From assembly GCA_002633005.1 (NCBI GenBank), contig NMRA01000649.1, positions 164,240 through 228,239 on the forward strand: a stretch of DNA of 64,000 bases, read 5' to 3'. Below the pieces are notes generated by a model. It worked only from the letters and a program-made list of their open reading frames with translations, searched no databases and was not told where the DNA came from. This document shows, piece after piece, positions 13,462 through 26,164 of the stretch; the first letter of the stretch is position 1; the number at the start of each line of letters is the position of its first letter. This DNA is from Phoronis australis. Taxonomy: Eukaryota; Animalia; Phoronida. The position numbers and the translations under genes are program-made.

Positions 13462-14422
13462 CATAGGCGGATTTAGGGGGGGCCAGGGGGCCCGCCCCCC
13501 CCCCTTGGCTGCCGCAAAAAAAATAAAACTATGAGAGCGTAAGGAAATGTTCAGTTTATTAATTAACCCCGGTAATTAAAATTATACGGATGAAAAAAGT
13601 ATTTAAATGTGTGCAGTTTTAGTGTTGGGGGGTGGGGGGGGCTCAAATCCAATTTCAAGTGTCAAATTCGGAACTCATCGCATTCGTAACGGAACTATGG
13701 CTAAGTATAGGCTCTCCCGCGACATCCCAGGCGACCAGCAGTGGCGCTGCGCACTACGACTCCGTTTCCGTCGTCTGCTCCACTGTGCAATGAATAAAAT
13801 TTACTTCATTTTTTAAAGAGTGACGATGGAAAAACAGAAGCTGCTGGTAAGATGTGAATTTTAATCGAAGCCTTCGTGAATCACTCAGAAACTTGCAATA
13901 CCCTCTTTGTCAAACCTTATCTTTTTTAAGACGATTTCCAAAGCAATCCCGTCATTATTGACAACACGAAACGGATTTGGTCTTTTGAGCATTTGAAGAC
14001 TATTTTAAATACGACAAATTTGTTAAGAATCGATGGCACAAAACGTGTAATAAACATTATAAAAAGAAGTAGGTTTCGCGCGCAAACGCTGTGGACCATA
14101 AACAAGTAGGTCTCTAAATAGAAGAGTAGTAGTTAAGTCGTGGTGGTGTAGTGGTAACGCACTCGCGTGCTATGCTCCAGGTCGTGAGTTCGAATCTTTG
14201 CAGCGTGCAGCTTTTCCTGTTTGACACGTTCTCCTTGTTTTTTTTTTGCTTTTTTTCTTGGATAATACTTCATGAATCAAGGAAAATGTTTGATTTTTAG
14301 AGGTAAAAACAGACCCCCCATTCGGTGCTATGCGCATCTACAGTCGTGGTTCAGTTTGCGCAAATGCTTACGGCTGGACAAAATGTTGGGCCCCCCCTTG
14401 TGATATCCTACATCCGCCACTG
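13462..14422. mobile_element. MITE with 5-bp TSD (hAT5-like), copy 1
   Basis: cataggcggatttagg...cctacatccgccactg; ATCAC on both sides; inverted homologue at 23579-24561. Confidence 0.85.
14137..14205 (+). ncRNA. tRNA-derived (SINE-head-like) segment inside the MITE
   Basis: A-box-like gtggtgtagtggtaa and B-box gttcgaatc; homologous segment in copy 2 at ~23812-23870 (minus). No clean cloverleaf. Confidence 0.55.
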
Positions 14423-15726
14423 ATCACTGATTATTATCTCCGCCCAACAAGTGGTGTTACCGACGAAATCAATTCTTGCAAACTTCAGCCTGCCTTTGAG
14501 ACATCAAACAAACCTGCTCGTCACTTCAAAGCAATGTTGCGCCTCTTTCATTAGATGTTCTGTCGTATCTTTCCCAAAACGAAACAGCGCGTGCGCAACA
14601 GAACAACAAAACAACAAAACGTCGATCACTGGACTAAAAGCGCTCAAAGAATCAGCTACAGAGTGCTACTTGGCCGGCGAGTGACAACTTCTAAAAGACA
14701 ATGTGGCTCAAGGAAATATAATTACACATTTATCTGCAAGCACGTTGACAGACTTTTCCAGTTTAAGAAGGGCGAGCCAATACTTTTAAAACGTGGCGGC
14801 GTAGTCCCATGTTTTAAACATCTCTTAAAAGATGAAAGAGATATCAATGTTCTGATAAAGTCAAACTTGTTTGTTATTTTAGAAGTGTTTGTTGGTCCGA
14901 GCCATATATGTTAAGACTGGACATTGTACTACCAACGAAGAGCCATTTTTATGTTGCAGGTTGCAGTCAACCACACGCGTAGTTGTGGACAGATATTTGG
15001 TACATTTAATCTTTTGCTACATCACATAAAAACGCATACTTAACACTATCGCTGACTTCGAAGTTGGCCGTTTTTGTTCAATGAAATCTTTTTCAAATCT
15101 TAGTGTTCTTCCAGGAAAATAGGGTCCCATTCCACATATCAAATCTAATGACCCGTAGACTGCAATCACATTCGATTAGTCGCTAGTTCTCGAAAAACGT
15201 CGGTCTGCAGAGTTCAACTTAACGCAATTTTTAACTAACACACCATCGTTGAACGAGCCCCAGTCTCTTGAAAAGGACTGTTTTCAATAAGAAACAAAAA
15301 ATGGTAACATGGTGTGTATCCTCACGTTTAGATGTAAGTAGCAAATGATTACAGTCTGAATTCAGTTTTTCGTGGCGAACTACACAAGAATATAATCATA
15401 TCACAAACAATACCGAGCTTGCCGATAGTTCAGATGTAATAATTATTTGGCGCACGTTTAAACACAATTTTAAATCTCAACCTCCTCGTTTCCAAAAAGT
15501 AGGCCCACTCTGCACCCACAGCTGTCAAGGCGTTTCTCATAATATCGATAAGGTTGAACCTAGGACTCTTTAAAATTATTTTGAATCTGCACCCGCTGTC
15601 CATTATGGGAAGCCTCTTGAAAAGCTTGAACCATAAACGAGACGGTTTTAAAATCTTTGAAGACCATGTTGTATTAGCACTTTCCTAAACTTGTATTATG
15701 TATATTACACTGTGCCTTCGTAAAAT

Positions 15727-15793
15727 AAATTCAATGATAATAATAATAAAAAATAATAATAACAATAGTAATATTAATAGTAATAGTAGTAAG
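15727..15793 (+). repeat. (AAT/AGT)n microsatellite
   Basis: Direct reading. Confidence 0.7.
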
Positions 15794-16404
15794 AATTAAA
15801 CTCTAGTGTTCCGTGCAGCTACTCTTGTCTTTTACAACATTCTAATCCCGGGTATGTTTGTGATGTATGTATGTATATGTGCGTGCGTGAGTGTTATAAT
15901 TTTGTACTGTGAAATATTTTGTTAAAATAAATGTATGTAAAAACATAATAATTACATAAGTGTAACAACTTGTTACATTTTAGGAGAGGTCTACCAACGT
16001 AAAATGTAACAATGTCGTAAAACGTAACAGTTGTTACATTTTACGAAATTGTAACATTTTACTGCGTATCAGAGCACGTGCGTTTGTGGTTCGTCGGTGT
16101 CTTTGAAACTGTCAATCTGTTGAAGCGTCCTGTGGTCGTCTGTAGGCCTGAGATAATGTTATCTACAACAACTACCAGGCGAAGTTCTTGCGGTCTGATG
16201 TCACTATGCAAAGCGGTTGGATTCAGAAGAGCAGTTAGGCTTCGAAATCATTACTAGTTTTGTTATTATTGTAATTAATAATGGCTGTAGTAATTTGTGT
16301 TGGTGTCCAGCCGATACCTGGACCTTTTCGGCGGCGGGGGAGGTTCCATCGAAGTCCCGAACCCCCCTGACTACCGGCCCGTTTAACGGGAATTTTCATT
16401 TATA

Positions 16405-17125
16405 TGGCTTGGATGTCCACAAGGTGGTTCAAACGATTTTTCAACCGGTTAGGTATGGTAGAAATGTGTGACTCACAATATATAGAGTTCGACTTTGTCA
16501 AAATATAAGCTGTAGCCACCAGCGTGACCCAGTAAGGACGAGGCCGACTATAAAAAGGTTAAGTTTTTTGTTTACGCTGCCTCCAAGCGGTATTGTCATC
16601 AGACGTGTCCGACGCTGTAAGTCTATCTCCTTAGGTCAGTTTTGGATGTATAATCTAAAAACTACTTCTACCTTGGGGAACAGTGAATCTCATAGACTAT
16701 GCTCAGAGCACGTTTACAGTGACAGCGACTGTCTATCAATAGTTTGTGAAAAAACCATGATATGCCTGGGGCATGTTGGAGTTGAAAGGGTAAAAAAACA
16801 TAGGCAGCCGCTAAACAATAATCTCTATACACGAAGCGATTTTTCAATAGCAAGAATTTTGAGTGATTAACAAGTACGGCGTAATAGGTACCCTGGAATG
16901 GCGGGTTTAGGCCCTTACGCCAGCAAGTGAAACTGCACTGACGGGTCAAAGGTGTCCTAAGGAGAGGTCAGAACAATTTTCGAAGGGATACCGCCCGCAT
17001 AAGGCTCAACTATGGCTTACGTCCTACGACGTTTTTATCCTGTACGTAAAGGATGGTGATCCCTTTCCCCCAAAACTTGCTAGCGAGCTGCGCCTATTTC
17101 GAAAGTAGACGAATGCGTGAGGTAA
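16405..17125 (-). repeat. Further segment of the old unclassified repeat (homologous to ~49640-50440)
   Basis: Shared tgtagccacca.cgtgacc.agtaagg, cttctaccttggg.a.cagtgaatc and ccctttccccc(c)aaa. Confidence 0.8.
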
Positions 17126-17585
17126 TACATAGATATGAATTAAAGCTAAGGACAAAGGTTTGGAAGTAGTTGCTGAGAAAACTAATTGATAGCCTCCTAA
17201 GTATATGCTCTAGACATGAAAGATTTTTACTTAGCGGATAAGTAATTCACTATTTTCCATCGTGCTACCTATTAACGCTTTTAGACTCATTCGCTTATAC
17301 TTGAAGCTGCTCTTACATGTACATCCGGAATTAGGCGCATGGTTTAAGCTACAGCTTTTCGTAGGATTAATTGCTGCATCTAGAGTCATGTGAGAACATG
17401 AGGCCTGTTATGCAATGCTGCTTAAAGCAATTTCCGAATATACTTTAATGTAACAGTCAAACGTGTTTTAATTCTAAACTAAACGACGGACTGTGGAAAC
17501 ACTAGTTTCCCTCTCGAAAACTGATATGTGCAACTTGGAGTTTTGGATACTTATATCTTGTGACCTGTACCCATTTATCTTCCAG

Positions 17586-18035
17586 TCAATATGTCTGACA
17601 ACGGCAATCAGGAAAACGATTACGTTCTGTTCTACGACGACGATGACAAGGATGCCGCCCAGGAATACCACCAGGAACTGTCGGATACGTTCACAGGGTG
17701 TCTGTACGACAAAGCCCCAACTACTCCTGAAAGCGACTCTAATACGGAAAACAATCTTTCTATTTTGAGTACAAGTCGCGTGTTTCTGGTATACATGACT
17801 AAAAATCTGTGCAAGAACAAAAAAAGGGGTGTAAAGCACGCAATTTTCACAGCTTTGAATAATTGTTTGAAGGATAAGGAGTATAAGAAAAAACTTAAAC
17901 TGTACTACCCGGAGACAAAGGAAGCGGTGGGAGGAATGGAAAAGAAGTTGCATCTTGACGATATCCCTTGTTTAGAAAGAAACAGCAGTACCTACAAAAA
18001 CGATCTAAACCAGACCTTCGGCAAAGAGGCCTCAG
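17586..18035 (+). CDS. Open exon encoding a divergent TIR domain (TICAM/TRAM-like)
   Basis: DYVLFYDDDDKDAAQEYHQEL / FTGCLYDK / ENNLSILSTSRVFLVYMTKNLC / HAIFTALNNCL follows the TIR bA-aA-bB-aB-bC-aC pattern; ttccag acceptor ends at 17585, ATG at 17591, cag|gtaaaa donor at 18035/18036. Confidence 0.65.
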
Positions 18036-19374
18036 GTAAAAAATACAATGTTCCTTTAGAGATAAAAATCAGCACTTAAATGGATGTTTATTTCATTGAT
18101 AGCAGCTAGATCAACCAATATCCTTAAGCACTCATGAACCCGTCTTCTACCACAAAAAAATTTTGAGTAAGACCGCTTAGCTCACCCTTATAAAGCTGGT
18201 TTGACACTGAAACTTCATCAAATTTGAGGGATTTTGGCGCTTCGAAAGAACTGACAATTCATAACTGCTTCATACGGTGTCTCATTTTATGAGCTGGGCA
18301 TGATCTCAATAAATAAAGAACTATCAGTTATTTCCAAATGACAATGCTTATCGTTTGTATGAAATTTTTTTTCTGACCTGTGTGACTGTGTTGTCGTGAG
18401 CAGAATAGCCACTTCTCACACGTACCGCGAAGCGAGCTCTCTCTATGCAGAGATAAATGTATGCTTTTACTTATCGAATTTATTTTCGTTGTACTCAGTG
18501 ATTTATGGTAATGCGATGGAGTGAAAAAAATGGCACCTGTTTTTGTTACTGCATGATCTTTGTGTTTTTAAGACAACTTCCCAATTTAGACTAACTAACT
18601 AATTAAGTGTCAGTCCACTGATTCACCGACCACAGTACAGCCAACAAGTTGCAAGGTGAGGGGTCGGCCATTCAGAACCATGTTTAGTCTAATAAATCAA
18701 ATTAGGGATGAGAGAAATTGGGTGGTTTAGGAGATACTAGATAAGTCTTCTGGGGGGGGGGGCAAAATATGGCAATTTCTTGATTCGGAATGAGTCACTT
18801 TTGACTGCAAATTCTACTGCAGTTTCTGCTTCAAACAGAGTCATTTCTGAATAACTTTGATATCACATGATAGGTTCATGACCAATGTAAGCAAAAACGG
18901 CACCAACACTAAACTATCGGTTATCATGGTAACACTGGAACTTTTCCGTGGAGGTATATTCCATGCTTGTGAAAAACCAGCAGTAAGTTATATCCTTATA
19001 GCGAATCTTCCCCCACGAGAAAACTGAAAATAATAACATGGCTATGTAGAAGGCTCCATGCCCTTGAAATTAATACAAAAAATTGCCAGTCCTTCAGGCA
19101 GGCTTGGTTATTAGGTTCTGAATTTCACTATTTTCAGACCGCACATATGTGTATTTGTCGTGTTAAACCAGTTACTAGTTGTGCGCCGTTTTGTACGCAT
19201 CAAAATGCCATGGTTAAGCCTAATTGGTTTGCTTAAATGCTTTTAATTAATTTTTAGGACACAAGCAGTTCCCATTAAAATATGAAATTATACTAGTTGT
19301 TCATCCAACTCGTTGAATACCAAACTAAAGCATAAAATATGCGTTAGTTGAATGATTCCTGATCTAAAGTGCAG

Positions 19375-19760
19375 GTTTGCGATTTTTTTCTGGCACTGCC
19401 AGTCGCATCGGTATTTTTTTAAATTGTCGAGAAAATCAACTTCGAAAGCTCTTGTAAAATGCATAAGGAATATAGCGAGGCATTTGAGAACCTTAAAGTG
19501 AGGGAATGTGTTGTGAAGGAGGTGGAACGTGTCCTGAGAAGTAGTCTGTGTGCCTCGGAGGCAGGTGTGCAGCAGGAGCTAGATAATCTACAGTAGTAGA
19601 TTTGCTTGCCCGAATCATCGTGACAACGCTCGACATATATTGGCGTCACCAAAGACACTGAGAACATCAACTGCACACAAGAGGGAAAATCCGACAGAGG
19701 TCTGAAAAATGACCAAAGACGTAAAGCCAATGTTCAACGCCCTGCTTCGTGTGAGCTTAG
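19375..19760 (+). pseudogene. Possible decayed linker exon
   Basis: Protein-like frame IVEKINFESSCKMHKEYSEAFENLKVRECVVKEVERVL.. with three stops, ending at ag|gtagg. Confidence 0.3.
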
Positions 19761-20936
19761 GTAGGAATCATCAAACTCCAGGGTCTGACCATGAGGAATA
19801 CTTTTAGGAGCACGTCATTCATGCAAAAATACTTTTATTGAGGCACAGTGATTGCTTATAACTTGGGCCTTATTGCTTAATCATATATTATTTCAAATGT
19901 CTAATTGAAGTATATGCAGTGTATGTATACATTGACATAGAAAATAGGTAGTTATTATAACTTTTCATAATAACCACCAAATGTGTTTAAACATTTTACA
20001 AGACTTCTGCCCATGACCTACTTTTAGAGACTAGTATGTTATAAATTTCTGCGATAGAATATGAAGTTAATCAAACGTGTCAAAGCCGTCAAAAATATTG
20101 TGGATTTCTCAAAAAATTAACATTGATATTAAGTTGTGATTTTGCATCTATTGAAGCTCACAAACATGGTTAGACTATAAATGGAACGGTTCTCAAAAAA
20201 TGTGTAACTCTCGTAGGCCTATGCCTAATGTGCAGTTCAGTTTTGCTCAATCACTCATCGCTGAGGTAGAAGACAGAGTCGCACATCAAAATGCACCCGC
20301 CCAAAATTGGCATCAAAAACAGGGAATTCTAACATGATCCACATGCCCCCCTTGAGGCCCTGAAGGGACAATTGGTCTGTTAACCATGCACGTAAAGGAT
20401 TCCAGTGTTGTTTCGTGCATGCTGAATTTGCAGTAGAGTTCAAAACTTCCTGTTCACCTCATATGACTGCCAAGAAGCGGTGTATTTCTGAATTTTAGGG
20501 TAAACTAACAAAAATAATCAATGACTATTGTGAGGGTTCCACAATATTTATCGAAGATATTGAACCTATGGTTTCCATGTCATACTTGTGCATGAAGGAT
20601 AGTGAATGCTATGGATGCAATGGATTACAATTTTATGTTTCAATGTTGTGAAGAAAAACATAATGCACAACTCGTGCATTTCACAATGAACTCTGATATA
20701 GGTAGCGCGGATAATTTAAATTGGTCTCAATATTTTCTACTTGCAATGTGCCATACTTCTGTTTTATACCCTTGTCCTACTGCCAGGTACAGAGAAATTC
20801 ATTTTGTGAATTTTTATAATCCAATCTGAATGACTTATTTGTGATGCCTTCACTTAAGCTTAGTATTTATATTTTCTGAGCCGAGATGGTCACATAAAAT
20901 TTTGTACATTTAATTTTTTCATTATTACAATTTCAG

Positions 20937-21350
20937 GAATCAGGAAAGGCTTATGCTGAAGATTTTTTTTTCTACTGAAGTTGGAGACCTGCCGATTATT
21001 AGTAAAGGTACCTTTCTGGACAACTAAGTGAGGGCGCTAGAGAGAGGCCGAAAAGTCTACTCCCAGAAGATGTGTCAACGAGAATTTGTAACTTGAGGAA
21101 CGAGTTGGGAAAAATTATTTGTCAGAGATTACTGGCTTATACCACAACTGGTCCAAGAGAATTGGTTGAGATAGGCCACTCTCAGCAAATGTGGGGAAAC
21201 TGGGACAGTTGGATGTTGGAGATACGACAGAAGAAGTGGAGCATGCATTGGAAAGAGACAATCTGCACTTTAAGATTGTCAAAGATGCAGCATTGTACAA
21301 ATTCAAAGGAAGGAAACGCTACAGTCGATGGACCTGTAAATACTCTGGCT
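20937..21350 (+). pseudogene. Decayed Death-domain-like exon
   Basis: tttcag acceptor; across frameshifts reads LLPEDVSTRICNL / GTSWEKLF...ENWLR*ATL / VGKLGQLDVGDTTEEVEHAL, matching the W..L, W, ATV..L..L...D pattern of Death domains. Confidence 0.4.
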
Positions 21351-23578
21351 GATCTGTTAAAACCAGTGGTGGTATATCAGCACAGCTGTGTAGGGAAGTA
21401 GGCTTGTATGTTGTTGCAAGCTTTGCTTGCACAAGAACTGCTGCGTGAACAGCACATACATGTATCTAAATTTACCTGAATTGAATTTTTGTCCCGCCAC
21501 CGATCATGATCCTGGGCCAGTGGATTGAGTAGGTACAGCCACATGGTAATGGTACATTGTTCCTTTTGTTTAGCCACTAGATTTTTTGGTCTGCCAGGAT
21601 TTCTCAGGGTGGCCAACACATTTAGATGATTTCTGACCTCTGTACTGTTTCTTTTTCTTGAAATTGTGTACTTGATCTAAATTTATGTTTCTGCATTTTA
21701 TTTACCATTATAGATTTTTGTTTGTTAATGAGTATTTATTTCTGAAATTTGAGCCCCTGTTACAGTTGGCTGGTTTTATTCTCTTATCTTTCTGCCTGGG
21801 TTGTAAAGCCACATTCTGTCCAGGAGGAAAAGTTTTGATTGAGACCATTTACCTCTATAAACTTTTCTCAATTTGTTCCTTATCCAGATTGGAGATGATT
21901 TCTGGAATTGCAGCGAATTAACAGTTTGCTATTCCTCGAGACCATGCTGGGTGTATAAAATTACACACTATCTGACAAGCCATCTTATAGAGCCAGGTCT
22001 CAAACGATTGCATATTGCCAGTTCTTTTGAAATTCTTAAATTGCTCAAAACTTACCAGGAAATAATGCCTATTTATGATGGCAAGTTGTCTAAATCAAAA
22101 GTTGTTTTATGTGATTGTAGGAGGGTTTATGTCCACTACAAATGATATTTTGTTGAAGGACTGAAAAGGGTTGGCACATTAGTTCTGGTGACTCCTTGGT
22201 TTTTGGTGAATTGGCCATTTTTTGGTTCCCATGGGTAATTTTGTAACTGGTCTAGTATGTATGTACAACTGTAATCGCAGGGCAATTATTATACAAACTA
22301 TGTTGCAAAAGCATTTTTTCCATGTTCATTTCATAGCAACAATGCAGGCAGCCCATATTATACAACACAAACAGGTACGTAATCTACATCGTCTCTTCTT
22401 TTACCTGCTTTCAACAGCCATGAAATTTTGAGGGACCTTCATAGGTTTCTGAGTTATCTGTCTTGTCCAACTGAGGCCGACTAGCCCAAACCTTTGGAAC
22501 TTTTGTTTTTTGTTGTGCCGTTTTTTTCCCTTCACTGAAGATGGCCTTAATTGCCACGGGCCTGGGGTTGTGGGCCTCCCTTTCCGCACCCTCTCGACAT
22601 CCCTAACTACTGTATGCATTTGATTTAGTTTGCAACGTGTATTTATCCAAACTATTCGATGTGGAAACCACGATTCATTAATTGAGAGAGGTTGGCATTT
22701 GAAAACAGACTATGTTGATAGAATATGCCCTTTCTATTGCAGACGAATTGCATTTTACATTTCACATTGACAAAACACTGACATCCAAATGTATGTCACA
22801 CGCAAAACCACAGACACAAAAATCGAAAACTTTATACCTGTACATATAATGCAGTCAAAACTTGAAAACACATGTAGTACTAGTTGTACTAGTAATACAG
22901 ATATATTGGGCATCTTGTGGAAAAATGGCAATTTTTATCAGTAATCGGAAAAGCTACGCGACATGCATTTCCCAATGATCCGGTTTTGTTATATTTTCAA
23001 ATAGTTTATTGTCCGTTTGATACAAAGAATGACGTGAAGCAATAACGTCATTTCTCACATGACCTGGAATGCGTTACGACACGATTGGTTAAAAACACCT
23101 AGTACGCAATTTTTTGATATTACACGGACGAATCACAAAGTAGTGCACAGTAGAAATCCACACGCCTTACATTTTATCGTCTACCAAACACTTATACCAA
23201 CAACTAAACAATGCCGAAATTCCGTGGAGCTGACAAGGTTATGATTGACAAATCGGGTGTATGTACTCCCAGATGGAAGGAGATGCAAACAACAACTTAT
23301 ACGGACATAAGAACAGCCACTCAGTGAATAATTACCCAATCCTCAATCTCTTCTAGCACCGCAACATTTTAAACTCCACCTCGCTCAAACAATCCAGCAC
23401 GCTTCAATATGATATCCTAAGCATCCACTGTCATCATTTACGTATTCCCCATTTGCTAAGTGTTGTTGTCTCAACATCAAAGAGTTTTTATTATATTCTA
23501 ACTTGAACGTTTGTTATAGAAGCTAAATGCGATTTACAACTTTTAAGTTTAAAATAAAATTTTTAACAATAAGTAACA

Positions 23579-24561
23579 CAGTGGCGGATCTAGGATATCA
23601 CAAGGGGGCCTACATTTTGTCTGTAAACATTTGCGCAAAGCACGATTGTAGATGCGCATAGCACCGAATGGGGGGAGGTCGGGAGGGTGGGTTTAGCCCC
23701 CTCCTGCTCAGGGATTTTTTCCTCTAAAAATCAAGCATTTTTCTTGATTCCTGAAGTATTATCCAAGAAAAAACCACGGAGAACGTGTCAAGCTTGAACA
23801 ACTGCAATAAGCCGACTCGAACTCACGACCTGGCTAATAGAGAGCGCGAGCGTTACCGCTGCACCACCACAATTTCACACGTAATTTAATACGAAAAGAC
23901 CTAGTTGTTTATGGTCCACAGCGTTTGCGTGCAAAACCTACTTCTTTTTGTAATGCTTATTACACTTTTTGTACTTTGTGCAATCAATTCGTAACAAATT
24001 TGTTGTATTTAAAATAGTCTTCAATTGCCCAAAAGACCAAATCCCTTTTTTGTGTTGTCATTAATGACGCGATTAATTTGGAAATCGTCTTAAGTTAAGG
24101 TTTGAAAAAGAGAGAATTATGAGTTTCTGAGTGACTCACTAAGGCTTCGATTAAAATTCACATCTTACTAGCAGCTTCTGTTTTTTCATCGTCACTCAGA
24201 TTCCATTTTCTTTAAAAAATGAGGTAATTTTCTTCATTGCACAGAGAAGCAGACGACGGAAACGGAGTCGTAGTGCGTAGCGCCACTGCCGGTCGCCTGA
24301 GATATCGCGGGAGAACCTTTACTTGGCCATCGTTCCGTTACGATTGCGCCGTGTACGGAATTGGACACGTGAAATTGGATCTGATATCTCCCCCCCCCCT
24401 CAAATACACTAAAACTGCACACATTTAAATCTTGTTTCAGCCGTATAATGTTAATTACCGGGGTTGATTAATAAACTCAACATTTCCCTACGTTCTTGCT
24501 GTTTTATTTTTTGCGGCAGCCAAGGGGGGGGCTGCCCCCCCCCTCCCTAAATCCGCCTATG
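23579..24561. mobile_element. MITE with 5-bp TSD (hAT5-like), copy 2, inverted relative to copy 1
   Basis: cagtggcggatctagg...cctaaatccgcctatg; TAACA on both sides. Confidence 0.85.
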
Positions 24562-26164
24562 TAACAGGGTTTATTTTACATTACGCAAGCGTGCTTTTAC
24601 AAAAGTTGTGCCATGTCGGTTATGTGGTCGGGTGGTAGTAGCATTGCTAACAGTACTCACGATACTAACAGTTCTCTATTTCAAAATTTTGAACATCTTT
24701 TAAATGCCGTAAGTATTATTTTGCTTTCGTTGTACTGGACAGTAAATTAGATGCGAGAATTTCCCGTCACAGTACACTAACCGGAAACTGCACCAGATAA
24801 TTTAGGAAAGTGGCGCCTCCTCTAGGATAGCACGGAAGAAAATGTCGGTGGGATGCGAACCAACTACTAGTGTCAGTTGCATCAAAGAAGTCACTTACAC
24901 GCAATATGCCCCTAAATTCGTTGAGGGGTCCCAAATACTCCTGTCCGTTGTATCAAATATAGCCATATACACAGAGTATGCCCGTTATTTAGTAGATGGG
25001 GTGATGGTATACAAACTTTCTCTCAGCAACAAAATGCATTAAGATGCCCGTTATTTAGTAGATGACGTGGGATCCGAGTTCAGACAACTGAGAGTCCCTA
25101 TAAACAGTGCTGATCAAATCAAGCAGAAAATGCAAAATTCAAGCCTGTGACTAGCAGAATGCTTAATTGTTGTGCACATATAAATACAGGGCATGTAGGT
25201 GTACAAGTCTACAGGTACTGCACCTACCATGAGTGACATTAGAAAATTCAACAATCAAATTGTCTTCGGCTCTTGACATTTTTTCCTAAGCCATGTCATG
25301 CGCATTAATATAGGCTTCAAGTTCACAATTATCAAAACTAAATGTATGTAAAATTCAACTCTGACCACAAGTGGGGCCTCAAACTTCACTAATCAAATAT
25401 TCTGTTTATCTTGACATGTTTTTTGAAGCCATTCTCTGTGCACTAATTCATGCACCAACTTTAGAACAAAGCATTTCATTTCCATACAGTCTCCATCTAG
25501 GATTATAAGGGATCTATATTTGTTGTTAAGAATTCACTTTAATCTTTTGTTACTACATTTTCCTTGGTTTCAGTGTGATCACTTATTCTATTATGAGTGT
25601 TCACTCCAGATTAATCCTTTGTTGGCCCACCTACAGCTCAATGGCCTACCCAATCTAGTCTATTGTGTGGGGTCATATCACTACAGGCACATTAATTTCT
25701 GTTTACAAACATTGTGTCACTTAGACAGCACAAACGATCAATGAATGATTGTATATGGACTCAAATAGACCTATAGTCCTGTAAAATGTGACAGTGAATG
25801 AACACTACAGTTGTGATGATCCCATTGTTCCATGCATGAGAGAAACACCCAATTAAGTGTAATTACCCGAACCCTAAACTGTAGCAAAAATATCTGCCTG
25901 TGCATACTGACGAATTTTCAAAATGCATTAACAAATAACTTTCGTTAAAGACAAACACCACGGCGGTAGTCAGCTGGAAAAAACAACCAATTAAGGTTTC
26001 CGATTTATAAAAACCGATGAACTAATAAGATAAAAACTACAAGCATAAGGTACGATTGAAGATAAGCGACCGTGGGTATTGATCTACTCTATTGATTTAT
26101 AAACACTGAACAAAGTTGACAACAGCACACGGATTGAAAAAATATTAAAAGAATATCACATGTA

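Larger units (their letters stand above)
10131..16071 (-). mobile_element. Integrase-family (KRBA2/SCAND3/Ginger-related) DNA transposon with OTU and F-box-like domains, internally deleted
   Basis: Ends tgattcaccgtaaaatgttaca and tgtaacattttactgcgtatca; subterminal inverted block gttacattttacgttggta..cctctccta.aatgtaacaagttgt; GAGCAC duplicated at 10125-10130 and 16072-16077; minus-strand coding remnants. Confidence 0.8.

Noticed and set aside
14137-14205. Functional tRNA gene
   Set aside because: No coherent acceptor or anticodon stems; it lies inside a MITE.
17474-17953. 159-aa hydrophobic minus-strand ORF
   Set aside because: Antisense shadow of the TIR exon.
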